A stretch of 64,000 nt of DNA from Octopus vulgaris (Eukaryota). Position 1 is the first letter of the stretch. Each line of letters begins with the position of its first letter. Below, piece by piece: positions 26,501 to 41,053 of this stretch. The notes below the pieces were generated by a model that worked only from the letters and a program-made list of their open reading frames with translations, did not search any database and was not told the origin of the DNA. The stretch covers positions 67,518,001-67,582,000 of the forward strand of contig OX597816.1 of NCBI GenBank assembly GCA_951406725.2. The letters run 5' to 3'. Position numbers and translations under genes: made by a program.

Positions 26501-27693
26501 AGGCCGGATTCAATTTATAGTCCTTGGTGCAGACTTGACAGTGTGGCTAAAAATTCGTTTCTCAGCTACGTGGCTCCAAGGCAAATCCCACTGCGTACCA
26601 CCTCTGACAACTGCTTCAACGAGAGCACCGGACCGACCAATGCTTTTTCAGTGAACTTGATGGGCGAAAAATGAGGAAACCCATCGTGTATATATGTTTG
26701 TGCCAGAGAGCATTTAGTAACCGGTGCTGGTTATTTTACGTCCTTGTACCATAGCTGTTCGGCAGAAAAAAGATATGCTGAATAAGTACCAAACTTAATT
26801 TAAGTACTAGGGTCAATTTGATTGGCTCATCAACTCGACCCAGTTGTTATCGTTCCCTAGCATGCCGCAATTTAATGACTGAAACAAATAAGGGAGTACA
26901 AGAATAATTTTTATAAACAATGGTTTGTTTTTGCTGTTTAGGCCTAAACCAATATTAATCAAGCAAACTTATCTTTCCATCGTTGTAGGGGTATATAAAT
27001 AGGACCTCGTTACCTAATGTGCCATTTATCTAAGATTATACAGTATAAATCGAGGGGGATGCATCTGTTATTTCTTACACGTCAAAACCTCCCGTTGGTT
27101 TGTTAATGGATTGCGCAAGGTTGCGTGGATGAGGGAATATTAACAATGGAGAGGATGGGAAGAAAGTGGAAGAAGAAAGTGAGAAAAATATGGTAGTCAT
27201 AAAATATGAACGTGAACAGGAAGTTGCAGCTATGTCAATTACAATGGCTGTCAACAGACGATCATAATCTGACAAATATGTTGATGCTGTGGCGAAGGAG
27301 GTTATGGTTTCCTCCTCCCTCTCCGAAACAATTCCTGCTTTAAACTTACTTCCCTACTGTGGTAATATGTGATTGTTGTTGTTGTTGTCGTTGTTGTTAG
27401 TGTTGTTGTTGTTTAGCTCCGTATCGGCCCTGATCGAGTAAACCTCTGGTTTAAAGGCATCCCGACTTCTTTTCTTATATATTATAACCAATGTCTCCTT
27501 TTTCAAGACGTTAGAATGTAATTTAGTTGCTGTTTCTGGAATATTTACTGCTGCGACAACAAACGTATCTTCACAGCTGGCTGCGAAAGACTCACTTGTC
27601 AATATTTAAACCAGCAAAGTATTAATACTAACATACTTTTACTGTAGTTAGCACAATAACTTTAATTAATATATATATATTATATATATATAT

Positions 27694-28060
27694 TTACTTG
27701 TTTCAGTCATTTGACTGCGGCCATGCTGGAGCACCGCCTTTAGTCGAGCAAATCGACCCCGGGACTTATTCTTTATAAGCCCAGTACTTATTCTATCGGT
27801 CTCTTTTTGTCGAACCGCTAAGTGACGGGGACGTAAACACACCAGCATCGGTTGTCAAGCAATGCTAGGGGGACAAACACAGACACACAAAAACATACAC
27901 ACACATATATACGACAGGCTTCTTTCAGTTTCCGCCTACCAAATCCACTCACAAGGCATTGGTCAGCCCGGGGCTATAGCAGAAGACACTTGCCCAAGAT
28001 GCCACGCAGTGGGACTGAACCCGGAACCATGTGGTTGGTTAGCAAGCTACTTACCACTAC
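27694..28060 (-). mobile_element. SINE family C
   Basis: Reverse complement of the 19374 copy. Confidence 0.88.
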
Positions 28061-28065
28061 TGCAC

Positions 28066-28513
<448 letters not shown>

Positions 28514-29199
28514 TCCTTTAATATATTGATTGAATATCATACCTGGTTGTCTGAAAAGACACTCGTCTACAGTTCGGACTGGAATTGGCAGTTCACACTA
28601 CCAAAAATCTTTGCTAGCCAAGAACTGTATAACATTTCTAATGAGATTTGGCACTTGGTTTTACATGACAGATATTTTTGACTTTTGTTCTTGATATAGT
28701 GTGTCTTCTGTCTTACGGTTCCTGTCATAATAGTGAGAACAGAATGATGAACAGACAGAAAAACTAATTGCAAAACGTCTCATGTTCCAAGAGAAATATT
28801 TTCAGACAAGCTTCGCAGTATGTTGTGCAGATACACGAAGCAAATGTTTTGTAATCAGAGAATGGGACATCAACTGAAATGTTGTCTTAACAACAAACAA
28901 GATGAAGACAAATATCCGTCAAATATAAATAATGTAAATAATCTAGCATCACTCTTTCATAGTCAGCCTATGAACCTTGCAGCCGGCCTCGTAACACCTT
29001 AAAAACGGGGATACATTGTACACAGCCACCTGTACATATTAACGACATCAGCAAAAGCATCAAACACTGCCCCATCAACATAAAAGCAAGCTCCAATGCT
29101 AGTACCATAATCATCATGATCAACATGATCACATTACTTTCATCACTAACGATACCAATAGAGCACAACGACAATCACCCACCGTAGCAGCAGTAGCAG

Positions 29200-29570
29200 T
29201 GGAGGCGCAGTGGCTCAGTGGTTAGGGCAGCGGATTCGCGGTCGGAGGATCGCGGTTTCGATTCCCAGACCGGGTGTTGTGTGTGTTTATTGATCGAAAA
29301 CACCTCAAAGCTCCACGAGGCTCCGGCAGGGATGGTGGCGACCCCTGTTGTATTCTTTCGCCCCAACTTTCTCTCACTATTTCCTCCTGTTTCTTGTCCC
29401 CGACTTCCTACGCAACCGCTGAGCCTGGATGCGCATTCATCCATCCGTCGATGATCTCGGTGTCGGGGTTTGGCCTGCTTTCTCTTCTGCGGGTCTTACG
29501 AATAGCAAAGGACCACGTTTCGGACTTCTCCCAAGAGGACGAAGACCGCTTCGCTCAACAGCAACAGCAA
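29200..29570 (+). mobile_element. SINE head A plus structured tail module 3 ending in (CAGCAA)n
   Basis: Close second copy at 51862-52255. Both follow CAG-rich repeats. Confidence 0.85.
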
Positions 29571-29578
29571 CACCAGCA

Positions 29579-30510
29579 GTGCTTGGGCCCTTATTGTTCT
29601 TAGTCTTCATAAATGACTTGCCCGACGACCTCACGCAACACACCCTTCTATTTGCCGACGATGTCAAACTGGTCGCTCCTCGCGGTGATATAGAGGATCT
29701 TCGTCGATGCCTCCACCAAATTTGGAGGTGGTCTAACGAATGGGACCTGTGTCTGAACGTGTCAAAGTGCTGTCATCTGCCTGTTGGCTCTCCTCCTGCA
29801 ACTCAACTTGATTTCGAGCCGTGTCGTCTGCTGCTGGAGAGGACCGATCAGGTAAAGGACCTGGGTATCTTGGTGCATTCCTCCTTTTCACCTTCGGCCC
29901 AGTGCGTCCATGCTGCCAACAAAGCACGCGGAATTCTGTTCTTGATTCGACGGTCATTCGGAATGCTCACAGCAGCCATATTCCTACCACTCTATGTCAC
30001 GCTGGTGAGACCCATATTGGAGTACGGGATTCAAGCCTCTTCTCCTTATCTCCTCAAAGACATACAGCATCTCGAAAGAGTCCAGAAGCTGGCTACCCGC
30101 ATGGTTCATGGTCTCAAAAATTTTGTCTTATGAAGAAAGGCTGAGGACGCTCGACCTTTATTCTCTAGAAAAACTCCGCCGCCGTGGTGATCTCATTCTC
30201 GCTCACAACATCATAAGCGGAAAGTGTAACCTCTCAATTGAGCGTCGGCTGCGGGGTCATTCTGAAAAGCTCTACCTGCGACGATTTCATCTCAATCGAA
30301 GGAGAGGAGCTTTCTCCGTCCGGGTTGCGGATCCGTGGACAAGCTGCCAGACGAGATGGTGAAGATGCCGACGACCGCTTTGTTCAAAGTCTCCCTTGAC
30401 CTCAAGTGGCCTGAACTCTTTACATGAACACCACCCTGTACTTAACTCCATGTCCCCCTACATGGCCTTGCTATTTACTTTTGAGTCAAATTAACTAACT
30501 AACTAACTAA
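29579..30510 (+). mobile_element. 5'-truncated CR1/L2-like LINE (RT C-terminal half, 3'UTR, (TAAC)n tail)
   Basis: Translations VLGPLLFLVFINDLP, LFADDVKL, KDLGI and LVRPILEYG..LERVQKLATR. Frameshift near 30125. Probable TSD CACCAGCA at 29571-29578 and 30514-30521. Confidence 0.92.
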
Positions 30511-31276
30511 TATCACCAGCATCACTGCCATACACCATCATAGTAGATATAACTGCTACCACCGTCATCAACACAAAGACCAACAAAACCATCACCAACG
30601 CCACCAGAATCACTCCACCACCACAACATCATTAACAGTATCCTCACTACTACCCCCACCACCAACATCAACTTCCCCACTCCACCAAAACTACCACCAC
30701 CACCCCTGCTGTCATCATTGCCTACCAGGGTACAAAGCTGAAAAACGGTGGCAATTCATGTAGAATACATTGCAACCTTTTATTCCAGTCGGTTGCTTTA
30801 CTTTGTAACTCAAATTTAATGTTGTTTTTCTCCAAATTAAATAAAAAAGAAATTTTTAGTTTTGATGTTTAGAATTGGTCAATTATTTTATAAATGTCAA
30901 ATGTATCGAGTAAAATTTAACAAAATTAAAAAAAATTCTCTGTGTGTGTGTGTATGTTTTCTGTTTTAAGGATGTGACATTTGTCACGGATTTTAAAAAG
31001 TTAGTCAGGTAAGGAGAAGTTGTACCACCGGCCTTTGATCTACATCGTTTTTATTGGTGAGATGGCGTGTTATTGTTGTTGCTTAGTCCCAGGTTAATCT
31101 TAATCGAACAATGATCAAATGCGTCCCAGCCATGACCATCCTGTTTTATTCCTTTGTGCAGAAACCCAGGATCACATTAACCAAAGTGTCCTTTTCTAAG
31201 ATGGAGACTGTGTGATTTGAGGGATACTTCACTATTATTTTTAGTAAACTGAGTGTCCGTATAAAGGCCTACCTTA

Positions 31277-31509
31277 TAAATAAAATAAATGCGCCCTTTT
31301 AAAGCCTAGCCAGGCTCATGGGCCCAGTTTCCCGGTTTCAATGGACGTCAGTCCATCGCAGCGTTACTCAATTTTGCCAGCTGAGTGGACTGGAGCAACG
31401 TGAAATGAAGAGTTTTTCTCAAGAACACAACGCGTCGCTCGGTCCAGGAATCGAAACCACAATCTTACGATCATGATGGTGACACCTTAACCACTAAGCC
31501 ACGCACCTC
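31277..31509 (-). mobile_element. tRNA-derived SINE with tail module 1 and a (TTTA)n end
   Basis: 15-bp TSD TAAAGGCCTACCTTA at 31262-31276 and 31510-31524. Confidence 0.9.
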
Positions 31510-32009
31510 TAAAGGCCTACCTTAGCTGTTGTTATTGCTTATGCTTCGCTTTAGGTAGTTTTTGATCGGATATACCTATGGTTAAAGACATTCCAGCCAT
31601 CGTCCAGTCTTTGGTTTACGCGCAGGGAATCGAGAAACACTTATAGTTTAAGGTAGTAAAGTGTGATGTAATATGAGGGAGATTTGGTTGTTATTTCTTG
31701 TAGATAGCGCGATCATATTGATGTTCTTTTGTTGGCTCGGCATTGGAGAAAGTGATGTGTTTGGGGCTCATCCTAAGCAACTACAAGCCAGTGTGTCCAG
31801 GAAAAGATGATGGGCCAGGTGAAAACCAAGTATCTATTACAGATACTTAAAGAGTAGGCCTGGCTGTGTAGTAAAGAAGTCCGTTTCACAACTTCGTGAC
31901 GCTTCGGGAAAGTGTTTTTTTTTTTTATATATATGTTGAAGCCATATTTCTCAGTTAAGATGTAGGCTTCCTTTAGTCTGCTTTCATATGGCTCAGTGAG
32001 GCCAATCAA

Positions 32010-32600
32010 AATTATTTATTTTGATGAAAGCAGGTGGAGTATAATATCATACCACTTGTTGATTTCTTGTTCATTCTAGAACGTCTATTGAGCACTTCCA
32101 GTCATCCACTCCATTGGTGACTGTATTTTTATGTTTCGAATAGCTTTTACAGACAATAATCTTTTGTCTCCAGTCATAAAAAAATATTGTTGGAGCTTCT
32201 GATGGCTTCGTTTTTCCTCTCGCAGTACAAATCGTACGTAAGACTTCTTTAAGTATTTGATTGTGCCTCCATGTGTACCTTCCTTGAACTAGCGTTACTT
32301 TGCATGGGCTCAGGACAAACCTCACTATTTGTATGTCTTGGCAGAGTGGACATACAGGGTTACTAATTTCTCCCCACTTCACCAGGTTTGAATTCGAGGG
32401 CAGATCATATACAGATCTGTGGATAAAACTGAGAAGCAATATGCTATATGTCATTCGAGATAGGACCTCTTTGGAGTTCATTTTCTCAAGCCCCTCTTGG
32501 CCTTGCTGGACTGCCATGTGGATTCTCTTAGCATTCCCTTCCCTCCTCACTTCCTCAGTTATCACGTTGTAAATATGGATTATGACACAAGACCGGAAGC
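32010..32600 (-). mobile_element. Hero/R2-superfamily (RLE) non-LTR retrotransposon fragment
   Basis: SVYDLPSNSNLVKWG...CPLC...C...QGRYTWRHNQIL is the zinc-knuckle/RHN signature that precedes the RLE domain. Confidence 0.82.
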
Positions 32601-33529
32601 ACTTACCATGCAAGAGCCTGAGTTGCATACATTTCGCATTAAAGAACCAATATACCGTGGTGATAGTGGTGGTAGCAGTTGTGTGTCGAAATTTTAGTTG
32701 CAGGCGGTTACAGGCAGGATGCAATAGTTGTAGAGATGGAGATGGTGGCGATTTTTTCGTGTTTAACACCAACTCAGCCCTGATCTAGCATACGTTCCAC
32801 TATTGACCATTTCCTCTTAGTACTGACCATTTCCTTATTATTTAATATACCATTTCCTTATTTAAGACATGTTGCGATTTGAATGAGATTTGGCTGCTAT
32901 TTTTTTTTACATCGAACGACTACGAAAAGGCTTCGTCGTTGGCGACGGTGGGCTCTATAATTAGGCAATGGCTGCTAATTGTTTTTGTTACTTAGCTTCA
33001 GCAGACCAGTAATCATAGCAGACTAGTGATCATAAACATTCCTACTAGGACCGTTCTGTATTCTTTTTTTCTACAGAGAACCCAGGACCACATCCCACTA
33101 GAACCTGCCCCGTTGCTTCGTGATGGTGATGATAACAATGATGGTACTGATGGTGATGTTGATAATAGTGCTGGTAGCGGATATTTGATTACACGTTGTT
33201 AGTTACTAATGAGAAATATGTCTAATCCCACCTCATTGAAAGCTGCTATCTTGTGCATGTTTCACGAAAACACCCTCAAAGTTTGGCGAATGTGAGTGTT
33301 AAAGACGAACGATTTTGTGGATAAACCAAGACAAGCTCGGTGTCACTGAAACTGTACGAAAGCAAGTGTGTGTGTGTGTGTGTTTGTTTGTGTGTGTGCG
33401 TGTGCGTGCATGTGTGTGTGTGTATGTAAGTGCGTGTGTGTATGTGTTTTCTTCGCCTCTCTATCCTCATTTTACTATTTATCTCTTTCTTATATACATA
33501 CGGTCACGTACACTCATTTACAAATGTGC

Positions 33530-34318
<789 letters not shown>

Positions 34319-34685
34319 CTCTCGAAAGGAGTGTGGGTGAGGGTAGTAAAATGAATTGTCAGAGACAGCAAAGGAAATATTTCAGCAGAAGCTTTAAAGA
34401 GTTATAAATGTCAGGACTTGGAATCCATCCTACCGCTGGTGCTGATGGCGGTGTTGGTGGTGGTTGTAGTTGTCAGTGGTGGAGTGTAGTTTTGCTCGTG
34501 GTGGGGTATTAGTAATGGGTGGAGGGCAGCGGTGGGCCGGGGATTGATGTGGTATGATGGTAGTGGTGTGGGATTTTTTGGTGAGGGGAAAGTGGGTAGG
34601 TTCTAATGACTAGCTAATTAAACTGGTGCTGAAACGATTCTTGTAAAATAAAGTAACCACAGGAAAAATAACCACGTCGACAAGT

Positions 34686-34784
34686 TCATCACCACCATCA
34701 CCATCACCATCATCATTGTCATTATCCTTCTTCTTCTTCTCATCATTATCACCATTACAATTATCCTCCTCATCATCACCACCA

Positions 34785-34863
<79 letters not shown>

Positions 34864-35020
34864 TGCCGCCATCATCATCATTAGCATCATCATTAGCATC
34901 AACATTAGCATCATCATCAGCATCATCAGGACAATCATCTTCATCATCATCACCACCATCATCATTACCGTTATCTTCATCTTTATCATCATCATCATCT
35001 TCATCACAACCATCACCATC
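34686..35020. repeat. (CAT)n/(CGT)n compound trinucleotide repeat
   Basis: Read directly from the sequence. Explains the poly-D/S/M ORFs. Confidence 0.95.
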
Positions 35021-35184
35021 CATACGTCGGTGTTTTGCTGTGAAACGAAAGATGATGTCTCCAAAATTCAGATTTAAAAGCACGTCGTCTTTTCAAAGCA
35101 ATCGTACCAAAATGGCCTAAATTTCATGTTGTCCATAATGGAATCTCAAAATTAAGTATGGTATTCACGACCCACGCATCTTAC

Positions 35185-35358
35185 AGGTAGTGTCGCAAGA
35201 AATAGTTTCAAACAGTTCCAGGAAGACATCTTTGTAGGGATGCAGAAACTTAAGCAACTCGTTCATTGAGCCCAAATTGCTTGGTCTTCGCTCATTGAGT
35301 CGCCTTGCACTGTTGCACCCTGCCTTCATGTGAGCCAAGTTCTAGCGATGTCTTTGCC
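35185..35358 (-). mobile_element. hAT (Hobo/Hermes-like) transposase fossil
   Basis: KDIARTW (compare DVxTRW) and ELLKFLHPYKDVFLEL (compare FLxPF helix), found in different frames. Confidence 0.5.
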
Positions 35359-35637
35359 CTGAATTTGAGGTAAAGTTGACCTCAGTGTGACCCGAACGCA
35401 GAGTATTTGAACTCTACCAACCCATAGGCACAGGGTCAGCAATTTTGAAGATACGTGATGAGTTGATAACATCAATCCCCGTACTTGATTGGTACTTTTA
35501 TTTTATCGAACCCAGAGGGATGAAAGGAGAAGTTCACTTCACTAAGTTTCGAACTCAGAACGTAAAGAGCCGGAACAAATACTGAAAGACATTTTCCCGG
35601 CACTCTAACGATTCTGCCAACCTACAATCTTCCCTTA

Positions 35638-35898
35638 AAATAAATAAATGCGCCCTTTTAAAGCCTAGCCAGGCTCATGGGCCCAGTTTCCCGGTTTCAA
35701 TGGCGTATGTGTTCCCCAGCTGGACGGGACGCCAGTCCATTACAGCATTACTCATTTTTTGCCAGCTGAGTGGACTGGAGCAACGTGAAATAAAGTGTTT
35801 TGCTCACGAACACAACGCGTCGCCCGGTCCAGGAATCGAAACCACAATCTTACGATCATGATGGTGACACCCTAACCACTAAGCCACGCACCTGCACA
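35638..35898 (-). mobile_element. tRNA-derived SINE with tail module 1
   Basis: 15-bp TSD TACAATCTTCCCTTA at 35623-35637 and 35899-35913. Confidence 0.9.
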
Positions 35899-36451
35899 TA
35901 CAATCTTCCCTTACTGAAGTAATATTAACCGTTTCTGATTTAGGCACAATGTCAATAATTTTAACTGATTGGAGGTATTATCATGTACATTGTTTCGTCT
36001 TCGTATAAAAGATGGGTTACAGCAAATATCCTGCTCAATACTACAGATTTGCTTGTCAGTTGTTTGACCTTAACCAGGTGAGCATGTCCCTTAGTGGTTG
36101 ACGATATGTGTATCTCTAATCACGAGCAGGAATAGTGAGGGAGCATCATAGCCATATGTTGAGAGAAACTCTTTGGTTTTGGATAATTCGCCTTTGGAAA
36201 CATAGGTGTTTCGTTCAACATCCTTAAACAACTCTTATTCAGGGACCTCTTGAGCGGGATGGGCTACTTGACTGAGGAAAATTCTAACTGGGCCCCACCT
36301 GCATGGTCATGCACTGTTAATTTTGATATGAGATCACATATCGCGCACATATGGTTATGGTGCATGTGCTTGGTGTTGTCGTGATGGATATACTGGGCTT
36401 CGTATATTTTACTCCAGTGACACTTCGATGGCATGTACTGCTTTCTCACTC

Positions 36452-36509
<58 letters not shown>

Positions 36510-37360
36510 TAATTTCTTTTATTGGCCACTAGGGCCCAAGACATGCAGGACAATAGCAAAGGACGAGAGACAACCCACAAAAACAGGTGGGGTTTATATC
36601 GATCAAAGGTAGACTCTACAAAATTAAAGGATGTAACAAAGAGTATAGAAATAGTAATTTGAGAAATAAATAATTAATAAATAAATAGAATTCCCAAGAG
36701 TGGGGCAGTAAAACTCCGCCATCCCCAAGGCATGGGAAGTTCCCTCTTCCAGTTTCTTTCCTCTTGCTTAGAAAAGCAAACTCAGAGTTGATCCATTCAG
36801 TCTTAGCGGTCTTGCCGCTCTCGTTCACCTTTTGATAAAGACACTAGGAAGCACCACCTCCCTCTCACCTTCCTCTTCAAATGATATTTGAAGAAATTGA
36901 CGAGAGCTTGACCAGATCGGAAAGAGCCCGTCTTCAAACATTTCAAACAAGTCAACCACGCATCCCATTTTTTCCCCACAGTAATTAAGCAGAGAAAGAT
37001 CTACCTTCCAGCTCAGGTAAATGAAATTGTTGCGTCAGTATTCTCCGTACGCTCAGCGGACAGCTGGATTCGTCTTACATAAGACAGCAACTTCTCAACA
37101 CAAAACCACAAGTCTCTAATGCACGGACACTGAACGATTGCACGCAGGTCGGATTCGTCCCACTGCATGCATTATGGGCAGGTTCGGCTGTTGGCATTTC
37201 TATGCCCGAAGAGCTTGTCTTGAACAAGTAATGCTCCCCTGTAGCACTACCATACCAAAGACTATTCGGAATTGTCTATGATCTTCGACCCGGAAGAGAC
37301 CACTCAGACTATTCTCGTCGATTCCCAGAGTCAATTTTAGGCCACCGTCGCAACGATATG
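36510..37360 (-). mobile_element. L1/Tx1-like LINE 3' fragment (zf-RVT region)
   Basis: Minus strand reads GALLVQDKL...TCP*C...ES...QCP...DLW, followed by an A-rich 3' end. Confidence 0.65.
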
Positions 37361-37384
37361 ATTTTTTTGTCAGGGTTACTCTTT

Positions 37385-37632
37385 ACTGCTTTACTTGCTT
37401 CAGTCATTTGACTGTGGCCATGCTGGAGCACCGCCTGTTATTCGAGCAAATCGACCCCAGGACTTATTCTTTGTAAGCCTAGTACTTATTCTATCGGTCT
37501 CTTTTGCTGAACCGCTAAGTTACGGGGACGTAAACACACCAGCATCGGTTGTCAAGCGATGTTGAGAGGACAAACACGAACACACAAACACACACATACA
37601 TACATACATGCATACATACATACATACATACA

Positions 37633-37668
<36 letters not shown>

Positions 37669-37836
37669 TATATACATACATATATTCGACGGGCTTCTTT
37701 CAGTTTCCGTCTACCAAATCCACTCACAAGTCTTTAGTCGGCCCGAGGCTATAGTAGAAGACACTTGCCCAAGGTGCCACGCAGTGGGATTGAACCCGGA
37801 ACCATGTGGTTCCTAAGCAAGCTACCTACCACACAG
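37385..37836 (-). mobile_element. SINE family C
   Basis: Full body with an internal (TACA)n tract. Confidence 0.88.
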
Positions 37837-38788
37837 TCTGGAATAATCAACTAAATTTAACACAGTAGTTAAATGGTACATATTTTATCAGAACCGGAGT
37901 TGAATAAATTGTGAAATATCTTGTGAAGGTCTCAAATCAGAACGTAAAGCGAAGCAATTAAATGATATTAAACATCAACGTTCCGATTAATATGGTTATT
38001 AGAGAAATAAGAATGTTATTTAGTGATGGGTCCATACTTGCACAAATAATAATCAAAATGAGATCACATTAAACTCATATTTGAGACAGAGTCACAAGTT
38101 CGGCTTGATTGTAACTTAACTCTATAATGTACACTATATGTGTATCACATTAATTTCAAATTTTGGCACACGGCCAGCAATTTCAAGGAAGAGTAAATCG
38201 GTTATATCACACAGAGTTATCAGCTGGTATATATTTTTATCGATATACGAAAGGATGAAAGCAAAGTCGACCTTGGCGGAATTTGAACTCAGAACGTAAA
38301 GACGGACGAGACACCGCTCGGCATTTTCCCCGGCGTGTTTACGATTCTGCCAATACCCTGCCATATGTTTATCATACCCACAGCATTTTCTTTCTCCTTC
38401 CTTTTTATGGTATATATGAAGAAATGTTAAATTAAGGACATTTTTACTAATCCTTTAACAAAATAAAGATAAAATTTTTGGGATACGGATTTAAAGTTTG
38501 AGCCAATACAAAACAACAAAAAAATAAATAGTTGTTTTCCGAGTTCCGGTTTCATGGCATTGCGTATTCTTTAACCAATGAATATTTTTGACGACTTTTT
38601 CTTATTTCAACTTTAGAAGGTTGTTTTCTTATCTACCTATCCCCAGCTCTCTTCTTCTTCTTCTTCTTCTTCTTCTTCTTCTTCTTCTTCTTCTTCTTCC
38701 CCTCCTCCCCCTCCTCCTCCCCTTCTTCTTCCCCTTCCCCCTCTTCTTCTTCTTCTTCTTCTTCTTCTTCTTCTTCTCCTTTCTCTCT

Positions 38789-38850
<62 letters not shown>

Positions 38851-39241
38851 CATATATATATCTTCAAACAATATACATATATATCTTCAAACAAAATATA
38901 TACATATATATATGCGCAGGAGTAGCTGTATGGTAAGAAGCTTGCTTCTCAACCTGGCTCTGGGTTCAGTCCCATTAAATGACACCTTGGGTAAGTGTCT
39001 TCTACTATATTCTCGGGCTTCACTTGTTTAAATAAAACAAGGACATTTCTCCCCTCTCTATATCTTTTTTATTTAAAAACAACGGCCATTCAACACACAT
39101 GGAATTTTTTGAACTGCTCTTGTCCCCTCTCTATATCTTTAGTATGTACTTATTTAAATTAAATTAATTTTAAAAAATTGATTTATTTAGTTTGTATTGG
39201 CCCAGCGACAGATTAGAAGCGTGTTCGACTCTCTTTTACTA

Positions 39242-39293
<52 letters not shown>

Positions 39294-39510
39294 CATGTAT
39301 GTATTTGTGTGTCTGTGTTTGTCGCCTCACCATCGCTTGACAACCGATGCTGGTGTATTTACGTCCCCGTAACTTAGCTGTTCTGCAAAAGAGACCGATA
39401 GAATAAATACTAAGCTTACAAAGAATAAGTCCTGGTGTCGATTTATCCGACTAAAGGCGATGCTCTAGCATGGCTGCAGTCAAATGATTGAAACAAGTAA
39501 AAGAATAAAA

Positions 39511-39572
<62 letters not shown>

Positions 39573-40231
39573 CTAACTGTAAAATCTCAAGCGATCAGAG
39601 TAGTAACTATACTAACAAGTTAAGTTTATCGCCACATCAAAGTAGATGCTCCATGTTACTACTAGTTTAACCACAGGCATATCTTCTGCCAACTGGTTAT
39701 CGGTGTAACGCTTCACCTGGTATATACAGTATACATTGCTAGCAGAGGGAGCGAATCCTTGCCAACTTTAGCAGACAACAGGAACACAAGACTGAATGAG
39801 TTGGCTCATCTTCAGTCGCGAGTACCTGGTTGCCAGAGTGATAGTCAGGGTCCGATCTAGCCAGCGATATATTGTAAACAAAGCGATCACCAGTCATTGA
39901 TTTGCAACAAGCAAAATAGCTTGCCCCGCTGCTTGGAATTTTATTTTAATTCTCTCGCAGGAAGGCTTAGTGGATTAGTGTTCTGTCTCTGCCTTCGAAA
40001 CATGCTTGACTCTACTAGCGACAGCTGATGACGGGGGTTTTTTCCTTGTGTAGCACGTCCTGTAACTGTTTTTTTCGTTTTCTTGTTTTTTTGTTTTTTT
40101 GATTTTCCCGTTTCTATGTCTTATTGTGGTGTCCTGTACTCACGCATAATTATTTATATATGCATGTAAATATACATGTAGATGTAGGTACGTACATATA
40201 TGTTTGTATGTATGCATATATTTTTATTTAT

Positions 40232-40616
<385 letters not shown>

Positions 40617-40617
<1 letters not shown>

Positions 40618-40856
40618 ATTAAATTACACCATCTAGAAAATTACATATAATAGAAATATTAAAAATAAAATAACAATAATATACCAATGATTAAGTAAAT
40701 TGCAAAATAATAATAAAAACGTATATATTTGGTAGAATAACGTTTTTATTATTTTTTATTATTATTTTGCAATTTACTTAATCATTGGTATATTATTGTT
40801 AGTTTATTTTTTAATATTACTATTATATGTAATTTTCTAGATGGTGTAATTCAATT
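40617..40856. repeat. ~105-bp-arm inverted repeat (fold-back)
   Basis: AATTACACCATCTAGAAAATTACATATAATAG... at 40622 is mirrored by ...CTATTATATGTAATTTTCTAGATGGTGTAATT ending at 40851. The spacer is short. Confidence 0.9.
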
Positions 40857-40981
40857 GTTCATTTTGAATTGATAAAAGGTAGTTTTTCTAATTTTTATAT
40901 ATATATTATATTTTGTGAAATTTGATTTAGTATTTCTAAATTGAACTTTTCCCTGTAAGTTAGGAATAATATTCCCTCAAA

Positions 40982-41049
<68 letters not shown>

Positions 41050-41053
<4 letters not shown>

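Noticed and set aside
34610-35120. Poly-Asp/Ser/Met ORFs
   Set aside because: Trinucleotide repeat that is open in several frames on both strands.
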